Below are positions 17,825-27,989 of a stretch of DNA of 32,952 nucleotides, one piece after another. Numbering within the stretch: the stretch's first letter is position 1; each line of letters opens with the position of its first letter. The DNA lies in the NCBI GenBank assembly GCA_965205655.1, contig CBDBIJ010000016.1:1-32952 (forward strand). The letters run 5' to 3'. The notes below the pieces were generated by a model. It was not told where the DNA came from and searched no databases. It worked only from the letters and a program-made list of their open reading frames with translations. The translations under genes and the position numbers were made by a program. This DNA is from Candidatus Latescibacterota bacterium (GTDB lineage Bacteria; Latescibacterota; UBA2968; UBA8231).

Positions 17825-18850
17825 TCAGGGTGTCGGGGCGTCTTCCCTGATCAGGCTTTCCGACTTCAACTCCGACCAGAAATCGGCAGGAATATCGCGC
17901 CGATAGTCCTCGACGTTCGACCGCACATGCTCGGGCTGGATCGCTCCCGGTATGATGGCGCTGACGATGGGATGGACAAGGGGGAACTGAAGCGCGGCGG
18001 CACGGAGGGGCACATCGTGGCGCTCGCCGACGGCCTGAATTCGCCGGGTCTTTTCGAGGATCTCAGGAGTCGCAGGGGCGTAGGCGTAGGTGGCTCCCTC
18101 GACGGGCCCGGTGGCGAGGATGCCGGAGGCAAACGGGGCGCCGATGACGACGCCGACGCCGCGCTCCTGGCACCGGGGAAATTCGCTCTCGAGAACCTCG
18201 TGGTCCAGCAGGGTGTAGGGCAGCGCCACGAGGAAGAAATCGAGATCGACGATATCGAGGAAGCGCGGCATCATGCCGGTCTCGTTGATGCCGGCGCCGA
18301 TAGCGCCGATCAGCCCGCTCGATCGCAGCTCATCGAGGGCGCGCCAGCCGCTCGTGTAAAGCTGCGAGAGCCAGGCGTTAACCTGCAGCTCGGTCTCGTT
18401 GAACCATAGGTCGAGGTCGTGGATGAGCAGCATGTCGACGGAGTTGAGCCCCAGCCGCTGGAGGCTGTCCTCCCACGATCGCATGACGCCGTCGTAGCTG
18501 TAGTCGAAGTGGAGGTCGAACGGCAGCGGCGCGCCCCAGAATTCGGGCTTGAACCGGTCGAGATCCAGCATCGGCTCGAATATGCGGCCAATCTTGGTCG
18601 AGATGACGAATTCCCCGCGCTTCTGCTGTCTCAGAAAGTAGCCCAGGCGGTGTTCGCTCTTGGTGTGGCCGTAGAACGGAGCCGTGTCGTAGTAGCGGAT
18701 GCCGCAATCCCACGCTGCCTGCAGCGTTTCCTGAGCGCCGTCTTCCGTCAGCACGGTAAACAGGTCTCCGATGGGGGCGGTACCGCAGCCGAACTCGGTC
18801 ACCGTGACATCGGTTCGACCTATCTTGCGGGTCGATATGGACGGGGCCAT
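17825..18850 (-). CDS. Aldo/keto reductase (D-threo-aldose/L-fucose/pyridoxal 4-dehydrogenase-like)
   Basis: GCGTAPIG, YYDTAPFYG, STKIGR, DYSYDGVMRS, LLIHD, APFASGIL, AAALQFPL. Confidence 0.9.
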   Translation of the reverse strand: MAPSISTRKIGRTDVTVTEFGCGTAPIGDLFTVLTEDGAQETLQAAWDCGIRYYDTAPFYGHTKSEHRLGYFLRQQKRGEFVISTKIGRIFEPMLDLDRFKPEFWGAPLPFDLHFDYSYDGVMRSWEDSLQRLGLNSVDMLLIHDLDLWFNETELQVNAWLSQLYTSGWRALDELRSSGLIGAIGAGINETGMMPRFLDIVDLDFFLVALPYTLLDHEVLESEFPRCQERGVGVVIGAPFASGILATGPVEGATYAYAPATPEILEKTRRIQAVGERHDVPLRAAALQFPLVHPIVSAIIPGAIQPEHVRSNVEDYRRDIPADFWSELKSESLIREDAPTP

Positions 18851-18962
18851 GGCTCTATCCTCAGTTTGTTTCGGTGAGTGGATTGACCGTCGCCGACGGG
18901 CGGAGCGAATATATACTGACCGCTATCCAGCGGCCACGCAGTTTGGAGCCCGAGGTGAGATT

Positions 18963-19326
18963 GTGAACCGCAAGAGCGAAACCTGCATCGGCAAGAAGTC
19001 CGGCAAGCCGCTCACCGAGTACGACTCGGAGCGGGAAGCAAAGGACGGGGCAGATCATGCTAACAGCAGGTATCAGCAGGACCTGGTTCCCTATCAGTGC
19101 GATCGCTGCGGCCTGTGGCACCTGGCTCCAAAGAGCAGGCAGACGCCCAGCGAGAAGTGCGGCCACTGCACCGGAAAAGACGGCAAGCCGAAAGACGCGT
19201 ACCAGAGCCGTGATGACGCCGAACGAAGGGCTGATATCTTGCGAAAGGAGCAGGGGCGCGACTCTGAAGGTCTACGCCTGCGAGCACGGCAACGGCTGGC
19301 ACTTGACGAGCACTGCCTGGCGCTGA
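18963..19326 (+). CDS. Small protein with two Cys/His (Zn-finger-like) repeats; apparent +1 indel ~19255
   Basis: GAGGTG RBS + GTG. Repeat 1 C.GK..GKP..Y.S..EA...A....YQCDRCGLWHL; repeat 2 C.GKDGKP..Y.S..DA...A....YACEHGNGWHL, continuing in the frame of ORF 19057..19326. Confidence 0.65.
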
Positions 19327-19351
19327 CACCGGGACAGTTCACCGGCGAAGG

Positions 19352-20204
19352 TCAGTCGACATCGGCGGCGGGGGCACCGTCCCAACGGAAATCCGGATCG
19401 GAAACGCTGTACGGCCAGCTCGCGCCCCCGTGGTGATGGAGTTCCGCTGACCTGCCGCACAGCCACAGAAACAGCTCCGCGATTCTCGGCACCGACTGAT
19501 GGATCCGCGCCGCACTGCAGAAGTAGTCGTTTTCGAAGGCATAGTCTGCCCTGCCGAAATCGAAGTCTTTATCGACGATCCAGTCGCCGCCGGGGTGACG
19601 CGGTACGCCAGGAGTCCCACTTCAGGAGGTTGCGCACCCCCTCGGCCTTCTTCAACGGCTGGCGGTGCCATATCGAGTAGGCGGTGAAGAACACGGATCC
19701 AGCGAGAGACTCCGTCATCACCTGGCCGGCCAGGTTGCCGAAGTGCTCCAGCTCCTCGCGCGCGATGGGTGCCAGATGCGATCCCGGCATGAACAGGGTC
19801 GGACCCATGTCGGGAGCGGCGTCCTGAGGATAGTAGAAGATCTGGAGCATGTTGAGTGTGCGCTCGAACTTCGAGCCGGCGTCGACGTGCCACGGCCGCG
19901 CCGCCGCAGGGCCATCGAGTCTGTGGTTGGCGAGCCAGTCGGGCAGCTGGAACTGCTCTCCCAGCAAAGATCTCGTCACGCCCGCTACCTCGGGATGCAG
20001 GAGGACTTCCCGCACGAAGCGCTCTTCGGCCAACAGATTGTTCTGAGTGATAGCGGCGGCATCGCGATCGACCTCCCGCTCTATGCACTCAGTGACCCAG
20101 ATGTTCGTCGAATCGGGAATGACCGCCGTCAGTTCGAGAATGCCCGTCTTGCAGAATTCGAGGACCTGGCTGTCGCTCAAGGTCGGCTGGATGCCGCTGT
20201 CCAC
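19352..20204 (-). CDS. Phytanoyl-CoA dioxygenase (PhyH)-family Fe(II)/2OG oxygenase; apparent +1 indel ~19588
   Basis: LSDSQVLEFCKTG, WHVD (HxD), YYPQD, GPT..PGSH, AGS....YSIWHR; the corrected tail continues DWIVDKDFDF...FLWLCG..GGASWP to a stop at 19352. Confidence 0.8.
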
Positions 20205-20255
20205 TCGATGGGCAGTCGTTTTCTCCGGCCCGCAGCAGTTTGTTTATCGATGTTG

Positions 20256-20610
20256 TCATTTTTCGAGGATAAACTCGCAGATCATTTGCCCATCCTGAGA
20301 GTGCGCGGACAGGAGCTGCGCCGGGGAAGCGGATCACGCGCCAGCCGTCGGTGATCGCTTCGACGACGGTCGTGTAGGGCCACTTTTCAGGGTCAGCGGG
20401 ACCGTCATCGATCTCGCCATCGAGGAGCATGGTCATGCCGATCACTTTCGAAGTCACGGACGTCGTCGCCGTCTGCAGATAGAGCAGGTCCTGCGTTCCG
20501 GACCGCCCACGCAGCTCGCCCGCCAGGTTGCGCAGGTCGTCTTCTGTTAGGATTCCTTTCCTCAGGGCGCCGATGCAGTCTTCCAGTAGCGCATTTCGAT
20601 CGGATGTCAT
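20256..20610 (-). CDS. Small hypothetical protein; apparent +1 indel ~20326
   Basis: QDLLYL..., WPYTTVVEAITDGWRVIRFP, corrected end ..GQMICEFILEK*; tightly packed in the operon. Confidence 0.6.
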
Positions 20611-20639
20611 GGCGGCTCAAGATAAGGATACGTCTCCAC

Positions 20640-21820
20640 CTATGGAACCTCGCGGCCCGGTCGGGGTGCAGGCGCTTCGATGGTTTCGGCTGCCCGTTCG
20701 AGCAAACGAATGGCTTCCCGACACATGCCTACCACATGGTAGTCCACCTTCCATTCGCTGCCCTTGTTCCGAGACTTGGGGCTGGCGTACCACCCTCCAT
20801 GGTCGGGGTCCACGTAGGTGTGCTTGACGAAATCCACGACGTGCTGCAACGGGTCCAGGAGCTCTCGCCTTCCTCGCAGTATGGCAAAGTGCATCAACGC
20901 ACGAATAAGCTTCGCACTGCTCCCACCAGCCCTTGGTCGATGAGACTCTGCGCCCATCCGGGGAAGCGGGGGACCGGATGCCGCCATCTTTCGGGTCGTA
21001 GGCCAGCAGTAGCCCATAGTCCAGGAAGGCATCTGCCTGCGTCAGATACGCCTCGGGTAGTCCTCGCTCGACGGCCGACGAGAGCAGGTACGCCCACTCA
21101 AAGGCGTGACCCAGATCCAGCCTCCCGCCTTCCCCTTCTGGCAACTCCTCCCAGTCAAGGGTATAGACTTCAGGGAGCCGACTGTCGGACTGCCGGCACA
21201 GCCGCCTCACCACGAAATCGCTCACACCTCGAGCGTCCCGATGGACGCATTCCATGTCCCTCAAGGTCTCCCAGCGCCAGGAGCGCCTCAAATAGGTGCA
21301 TTAGGGGATTCTGCGACTTGGTTTGACAGCTCTGTTGGAAATCCCGTGTCAGGCTGAGTGCAAATCCTCCGTAGCCATCGTGAAAGTGTGTCTGGAGGAG
21401 TTCCCACGTTCTGGTCGCCGCTTCCCGCCATGCCTTCTCACCAGTGATGCCTGTCGCATGGGCCAGCGCGAAGATCGCGAAGGCATGTCCATAGCAATCT
21501 TTATGATCTCGCACGATGCGGCCATCCGGGTTGCAGGCGCCGAACCATCCACCGTGCCTGGAGTCCCAGAAATATTCGATCAGGAAGTGCGTGCCAGCCT
21601 CGAGGGCCTGCCGATAGGCTGGGTCCCGAGTCAACTCATAGCCGACGCAGAAGTTATAGATCAGCCTCGTTTGAGAGACCAGGCTGGCATATCTCTTCCC
21701 GGTGGGTTGCCACTCCCGGTCAAGGTGTGGGTGCAGATACCCTGTCTGCGTGACCGCATGCCGCAGCCAATACGGCAGGATGTCCTCCAGCAGATGGGTG
21801 CGAAACCATTGAAGATCCAA
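20640..21820 (-). CDS. AGE-family (N-acylglucosamine/cellobiose 2-epimerase-like) protein; two apparent +1 indels (~21258, ~20908)
   Basis: ILPYW, QTRLIY, DSRHGGWF, YGHAFAIFA, QNPLMHLFEA, GHAFEWA, WWEQCEA, KVDYH spread over ORFs 21170..21961, 20617..21291 and 20640..21032; TTG start after a G-rich RBS. Confidence 0.82.
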
Positions 21821-21921
21821 CGGAAACGCCCCTTTGCTATCTCTAGAAGGGTCGACCCGAAAAGCACTGCTGTAGCTGTCCCTGGTGAGCGCCGAGCCGA
21901 AGCGTTGTACGCAGGTCAGGC

Positions 21922-23169
21922 TCAATCGAGTGACGCATCCCTGATCACCAGCTGCGGCCAATTCTCCCTCGACTCCTCGATTCGCCGCTCGTTGGGAAAA
22001 CAGCGCGGCTCGGTGACGTCAACGGATACACCTGCACGCCAGACCGCTTGCGCTACGAGGCGCCGGCTGATCCGGCGCATCTGTCCCTGACAGTCCTCGA
22101 GGTCCATGTCCACATCGTCGATGGCGAGCACGGCTACGTCTGCCTCGCGACCGACGCCCAGCGTGCCGATGCGGTCAGACCATCCCACGGCCTCGGCCGG
22201 CGCGATCGTCGAGCACCGGATCACCTCGCGCAATGGCATGCCCAGATGGAGCATCCGCGTGAGTACTGTGGGCATGTCGTAGGCAGGGCCCTCAAAGGTG
22301 CCGGTGTGCAGGTCGGTGCTGACGATGTCAGGCCAGAACCCGTCTGCGGCACAGATCTCACCGACGGTCCAGTTGAATGCCCCCATGCCGTGGCCGACGT
22401 CGAAGAGGACGCCGCGCTCTCGCGCCGCCCGTACCACCGGATGCACATGGCGGCTCTGTGCGTCGATGATCGTGCTTTCGAAACCGTGATAGCAGTGCGT
22501 GTAGATGTCGCCCTCTCGCAAGCCGCCCGGACAGTCATCCAGGGATACGGTGGAGAGACTGTGGTGGGTCATCAGCGGCGTGGCGGTTGTCGAGGCCGCT
22601 TCCTGGGCCTCGCGGAGCGCCTTCGCCTCATTCCGACCGTCGTCGGCCAGCGATGCGGACAGCAGCACCTTGACGCCGACGATGACGTCGCGGTTGGACT
22701 CGATGCAGTCGGCACAATCGGCACTGCTGATGAATTCCGGCCGCTCGAGGTGTTCCAGCTCACGGCCGTCGTCAGCGCGCCTGACGGACAGGCCCACTCG
22801 CGAGATGTTGAGAAAAGCGATTACGCGTGTGTTGAAGCGCTCCACCGCGTTGGCTCGAAAGTCGTCGAAAGTGTCACTGCCGGCGCTGCCGGCGTCGACG
22901 ATAGTCGTCATCCCCCGTCCCAGGCCGTAGTGGTCGATGTCAACGCCCGCCGGAGTTACCCTCTGGTAGCAGTGCGCGTGCAAGTCGATGAGGCCCGGCA
23001 CTACCAGCTTGCCGGCGGCGTCGTATACGCGATTTGCCGCCGCTACATCGAGCCCTCTGTCGACCCCGGCGATCTCACCCGCCGAGATGGCCAGATCGAG
23101 CTCGTCGTCGACACCGTTGGCCGGATCGATGACACGGCCACCCTGTATGATCCAGTCGTAATGACTCAG
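21922..23169 (-). CDS. Amidohydrolase/deacetylase (dihydroorotase-like, Atu3266/EF_0837 type)
   Basis: IQGGRVIDP, PGLIDLHAH, VDAGSAG, GVKV, THH, THCY, DVGHG, STDLH, GREADVAV. The frame is open upstream of 23001 to a CTG at 23169. Confidence 0.85.
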   Translation of the reverse strand: MSHYDWIIQGGRVIDPANGVDDELDLAISAGEIAGVDRGLDVAAANRVYDAAGKLVVPGLIDLHAHCYQRVTPAGVDIDHYGLGRGMTTIVDAGSAGSDTFDDFRANAVERFNTRVIAFLNISRVGLSVRRADDGRELEHLERPEFISSADCADCIESNRDVIVGVKVLLSASLADDGRNEAKALREAQEAASTTATPLMTHHSLSTVSLDDCPGGLREGDIYTHCYHGFESTIIDAQSRHVHPVVRAARERGVLFDVGHGMGAFNWTVGEICAADGFWPDIVSTDLHTGTFEGPAYDMPTVLTRMLHLGMPLREVIRCSTIAPAEAVGWSDRIGTLGVGREADVAVLAIDDVDMDLEDCQGQMRRISRRLVAQAVWRAGVSVDVTEPRCFPNERRIEESRENWPQLVIRDASLD

Positions 23170-23245
23170 GTTCTTTCCTGCTTCACGTCTCGATCAGAGC
23201 GGCGCGAGGAGCGGTGACATCTGCCGACGATTCTGAAGCGCTTTC

Positions 23246-26200
23246 TCACAGCGGTCTGCCGTACTGGGTGAAGCCGACGAGGGCGCGAATGAAGAACGAC
23301 CAGCTATCGAATTCATTGAACGTCTGAAACTCGTCGTCGAAATCCTGCTTGTCTCTCGTGAATCCGACGATGGTGAAGAGCTGGTAGCCGAAATAAGACG
23401 ATTCGTTGGTCAGGTTCACGAACTTGGTGCGGCGCTCGAAGCTATGGCGCTCGGCGACGCGGTCCTCGAAGCGGTAGGGGAGGGGGCCGATCCCCTGAAT
23501 ACCGACCTGCAGCGTCGACCGGCTCATGAGCGGGTATTCGGCCCGCAGGATGGGGATGATACTCACCTCCGAGCGCAGCGAGCGCTCGGCGCGCTGGTCC
23601 CGCAGCCGCAGGAGCATGAACTTGAACTGTGGCTGAACTTTCAAGCTGCCCCAGTAGCGGGTGTAGTCGGCGCGGCTGACGACGTTCCACTGATCGAGCC
23701 GACGCTCGCGCTGGAAGGTGCCGCTGGGCAGGAGCCCGTCCTGTTGCCAGTTGAGCCGCAGCCGGAGTTTCTGCACGACCTCAAGGCCGGACCAGAGTCT
23801 GACGCGCCCTTCCAGGTAGGTCTCGTTGACGTCGCTGTCTTCGTAGAACAGCAAATCCGGCCGCGTGATGAGCGGGTTGCGGCTGAGCACGTGGGTAAGG
23901 CCGTCGAAACTGGCGGAGTAGGGACCTCTGGTGATGACTTCGATATCCTCGCGGACGCGATTGTACTCGTCGGGGATATCGTCCTGCACCCGACGGAAGT
24001 GGTTCTCGAAAAAGACCTGCCGCAACCGCTCGAGGCCCTGCCGCCGGTAGGTTACGAGGGCATAGGTGGAGTTGTTGCGACCACCGCCGGCGATGCCCTC
24101 CACATCGTGGCGTCCGACACCGACCGTCCAGTGAGGCGTCAGGTCGTACTGTCCGAAGAGGTGGTAGCCCCGCTGGTCGAGGTCATAGGGGTAGTCGGCA
24201 TCGTAGTCGTCCTCGCGGATATCCGGCTCGTCGTTGTTGTTGCGGTCCATGCCGTAGACGAAGTCGTTGGGATCGACGTCGTACATCAGAAACGGCTCTT
24301 CGTAGTCGGGCAACTGGTTCAGGTTGCGGTTGGTGTCCGCGATGCCGTCGTTGTCCAGGTCCTGGCCCGGAAAGGTGCCGTCGCAATCAAATGCTCTGCA
24401 ATCGTTGTTTCCCGGGGAGCCGAGGATCCAGCCGAGAGAGAGGTCCGGCCAGCGGTCCCCGTCTTCGTTGTCCTGCACAAGCCGCCATATCGTGGTGTTG
24501 TTGGCCAGACCAAAGTAGATATCGGTATTCCTGCTGTATCCGGGGTCCCGGGGCAGGTAGGCGACCATATCGGTTGTGAAGTCCGGGTTCATGGCGAACA
24601 GCTCGAAGCCGACGCGACCGCGACCGAACCAGCTCGTGCCGTTGAGGAAAGAGGCCGAGCCTCTATCAGAGAACCGCGGGCTGCTGTGAAAGTCGGGGGT
24701 GCGGTCAACATGGGACGGGAAGCGGGCGAAGGCGGCCGAGCGCGCGTACTCGCCGCTGATCTCGAGCCCCGGCAACTCCAGGTGCAGGTCGGCGCTGTAG
24801 GTGAACAACGACGTGTTGGCGCCGACGTCAAAGCCGACTCGCTCGACGTTGGACTGATCGCGCACGTTGCCTGCGGCGCGCAGCACGGTCTCGTAGGGCA
24901 TGCTGCGGTACTTCGTGTCCAGGTTTCCCGGCTTGTCGCTGAACTGGTAGATCTTGGCGAGCTCCACCCGGTAGTCGTTGCCGACAACGGCCTCGACCCG
25001 CACTGATTCGATATTGGGCACGGCGGACAGGTCGAAAACGTAGGCGAGCGCATCGGTGCCGTCGGCGGCGAGGACGTCGTCAGGCGACTCCACTATGAAG
25101 GTCGACTGCAGCCCCTCAAGGTTCGTGTTCTTTTCCACGAAGTCGTCGTTTCTGTCCACCCAGCTGCCGTCCCCGTTCTGCAGGCTGATGAGGAAATCGC
25201 GATCCTCGTGCGCCAGCCGATAAAGATAGTCGGCGTAGAGGGGGATCTCCTGGTCCCGGTAGAAGCGCGGTGCGCCCGTGAATCTCCCAAATGACCCCGC
25301 GAATTGGTTGTAGTTGACCGGCAGGAATCCGCTCGAGAGGTTTTTGCCGACCTGAGTCGCCGTTCCGGCCCGGTGGCGGACCACCCCGGGCCTGATGTCA
25401 GGCCGGCGACGGCCATCGATTATGAGCTCCACCTCCTGTACGACGGCTCCACCTTTGCCGTCCCCCGGCGAGTCGTCGGAAAATCTCACGACCAGGATAT
25501 CCAACAGGGGCTGATCCGGGCGCACCACACCCTTGATGCTGTTGTTCGTGCCCAGGGCCTCGAAGGTGTGCAGATTGACGCCGTTGAGCCCGATCTGCAG
25601 AGCCCCGATATCCGCCTGTGCCCGACTGCCAAGCAGCATGGTCGAATTGGCGGTGTTCGCCTCGAGGCCGTTGAGATTGTAGATCCAGGGGTGCTCAGCG
25701 TTCGGGCGGGCGATGCGGGAGGCCATCGTCGTGACCTTGAGGTGCGGCGTAGACAGGTCGAGGCGGGCGCCGTTGAAGTCCGTCTTCGACATGGTCAGCG
25801 GCGACAGGCGCGCGACGAGGCCATCCCCGACGATGAGGCTGTAGCCCCACGAGCGGTAGCTGTCGTGGCCTACTGCGAGCTGGTCGAACACGTAGTGCCA
25901 GGACGTCCAATCCTTGAAGAGGCTGCTGCCGATGGTCAGGTCAGGCTGACGCCTCTCTTCCCAGGAGTAGAGGTCGTAGCCGGTAACCAGATAGTCGCCG
26001 AATTGGCTATGGAAGGCCTGCGGCCGGTTCTGAAATCCGACCCCGTTGATTTCGTCGAAGGAATAGGAGTGGTCTGACTGGTGGTTGTAGGGCTCCCAGG
26101 CGAAGTTGCGGTAGGAAGGCCGTTCGGAGCGAAGGAAGGGATGGGCGTCGAGTACCTGAGAAAGAGTCAGGAACTCGTCTTCGGCGGCGGACCCGGCACT

Positions 26201-26303
26201 GGCCGGCCGACCCAACAACAGGAGAAACGAACACAGAGACCAGCAGAAGGGCAGAGCTGCCGGGCCCGAAGGAAAGAGGACAGCAAGGCGGGAAATTTCT
26301 CAT
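23246..26303 (-). CDS. Large (~1,020 aa) exported protein, predicted outer-membrane beta-barrel with Asp-rich Ca-binding-like repeats; apparent +1 indel ~26297
   Basis: 990-aa ORF. Removing one base near the ATG at 26303 gives a signal peptide ending LLLLGRPASA|G. Many alternating amphipathic strands, near-terminal SFFIRALVGF, and DxDxDG-like motifs DNEDGDRWPD, DLDNDGIAD, DRNNNDEPD. Confidence 0.7.
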
Positions 26304-26325
26304 TGGACCAACGTGAAGAATATTA

Positions 26326-27801
26326 TTACTCGTTCGCCGACGACAGGTCTACCGTGTCGGCCACTTCCTCCTGCCAGCGGCGGATTCGCGCAGTAAGATC
26401 TCGTATAAGAGAGCGATATTGGGGATCTGACGCCAGATTTCGGACCTCGATGGGGTCTTCCTCGAGATTGTAGAGTTCATGCTCTCCCAGCGGACTGCAG
26501 TTGAACTTCCACCCGTCGGGCGTGACGATGGTCCGCACCGGGTCGTCGAAGCTCGCCCTCATGTCCGCCTCCGAAACGATTCCCCTCAAGGCCTCCGGTA
26601 ACTCGCATGGCAGGGGCCCCTCCCACTCGATGAACACATCCTGGTCGTGAGTAGGCGTGCCATTCTGCTGGAGGAGGGGCTGCAAGCTCCTTCCCTGTAA
26701 GTGATCGGGGACGGGCTGACCCATCAAGTCCAGCAGCGTGGGCATCAAATCGATGTGACTCACCGGCCCCTTGACCCTCTTGCTCGTCTTCTGGCCAGGC
26801 AGGCGAATCATGAGCGGCACGCGCACGGCTTCCTCGAACATGAGGCCCTTGCCGCGCAATCCGTGGCTGCCCATCATCTCGCCGTGATCGGAGGTGAAGA
26901 CGACGATGGTGTTGTCGCCCAAGCCGCACTCCTCCATGGTGTCGAGGATCGTCCCAACGTGCGTGTCCACCAGGCTGCAATTTCCCCAGTATTTGGCAGT
27001 CATCTGCCGCCAGTCTCGCTCCGTCTTGAGGGGGACGCCGAACCCGCGCTCACGGTAGAGGTGATAGAGGACACGAATCTTCAGTGGCTGCTCTTCTGTC
27101 GGCACGCTCGCAAAGTTCGGCGGCAACGTGACCTGCGCCGGGTCGTACTGGTTATCACGAGGCCCGAAGTACGGCTGGTGTGGCTCGACGATGCTTACAA
27201 ACAGGATGAAGGGCCTATCCTTGTTCTCGCGGATGAACTGCGATGCGTGACGCGCGAGGAACGCGGGCTTGCCATACTCCTCGGGCAGGCGCGCGCAAAA
27301 CCCAGAGGTGAACGCCCGAAACCCGTCCTCGGCCATGTGGTCGGGTTCAAAGCCCTGGTCAAGCAGGTACTGGTGGTGGGTGCAGGGCTGAAAGGAATCC
27401 CTTCCCTCCGAGTAGAACTGGCGATGCTCGTGGTCCTCGATGCTGATCCAGTCATCAAACCCGTGCTGGGCAAAGACGTCGTCCCCAAGGTGCCACTTGC
27501 CATGATGACCGCAGACATACTCGCCGTTCTCTACCAGCTCCGGCAGGCACGAAGTGACGCTCTCAAGGCGATTGAAGAGATCGCCCGTGAGGCAGCCGGC
27601 CGCGTGGGGGTAGAGCCCCGTCAGAAGCGTCGCCCGCGAAGGTTGGCACACCGGCTGGGTGACATAGGCTTGCTCAAAGACGACGCTCTCTTCGGCCAGC
27701 TTGTTCAGGCTCGGCATCTGGATCGAGTCGTTGCCGTATGCAGACAGCGTGTCGGCCCTCTGTTGGTCGGTGTAAACAAACAGAAGGTTTGGTTGTGCCA
27801 T
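26326..27801 (-). CDS. Sulfatase (formylglycine-dependent S1 family)
   Basis: PNLLFVYTDQQR, CQPSR (CxPxR), GKWHLG, EPHQPY, FTSDHGEM, ELYNLEEDP; clear paralog of 7660..9123. Confidence 0.93.
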   Translation of the reverse strand: MAQPNLLFVYTDQQRADTLSAYGNDSIQMPSLNKLAEESVVFEQAYVTQPVCQPSRATLLTGLYPHAAGCLTGDLFNRLESVTSCLPELVENGEYVCGHHGKWHLGDDVFAQHGFDDWISIEDHEHRQFYSEGRDSFQPCTHHQYLLDQGFEPDHMAEDGFRAFTSGFCARLPEEYGKPAFLARHASQFIRENKDRPFILFVSIVEPHQPYFGPRDNQYDPAQVTLPPNFASVPTEEQPLKIRVLYHLYRERGFGVPLKTERDWRQMTAKYWGNCSLVDTHVGTILDTMEECGLGDNTIVVFTSDHGEMMGSHGLRGKGLMFEEAVRVPLMIRLPGQKTSKRVKGPVSHIDLMPTLLDLMGQPVPDHLQGRSLQPLLQQNGTPTHDQDVFIEWEGPLPCELPEALRGIVSEADMRASFDDPVRTIVTPDGWKFNCSPLGEHELYNLEEDPIEVRNLASDPQYRSLIRDLTARIRRWQEEVADTVDLSSANE

Positions 27802-27843
27802 CGTAAACCTTTTCTCGACTGATGCCGCAGCTCAGCGTGCCTC

Positions 27844-27872
27844 ATCATATGGGAATGGGGCACACCAGTCAA
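27844..27872 (-). promoter_or_regulatory. Sigma70-like promoter heading the sulfatase-barrel operon
   Basis: Minus strand TTGACT-N17-TATGAT, about 40 bp upstream of the sulfatase ATG. Confidence 0.6.
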
Positions 27873-27989
27873 CGAGGCAGAGCATCAAAAAATGCTTGAC
27901 CGTCTCTCTCCATTTGCCACTTTCAATCGCGGGGGTATCGACGAAAGCGTGCATCTGGCAACGGTTATTCAGGCACAGAGAGAAGCGTA

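Noticed and set aside
23444..25006. Long antisense ORFs (520 aa here; also 22048..23217, 26701..27822, 14438..15463, 2013..3137, 8188..9126)
   Set aside because: These are shadow ORFs opposite well-supported genes in GC-rich DNA, with no recognisable motifs.
300..26300. Programmed frameshifting or phase variation as the cause of the split genes
   Set aside because: The runs are short (mostly 2-4 nt), scattered over unrelated genes and lack recognisable slippery heptamers; sequencing error is the simpler explanation.
27900..27989. Riboswitch-like leader (GAAA-loop stem) before the 301-aa hypothetical gene
   Set aside because: Only a very short stem, with no match to an aptamer consensus I can support.
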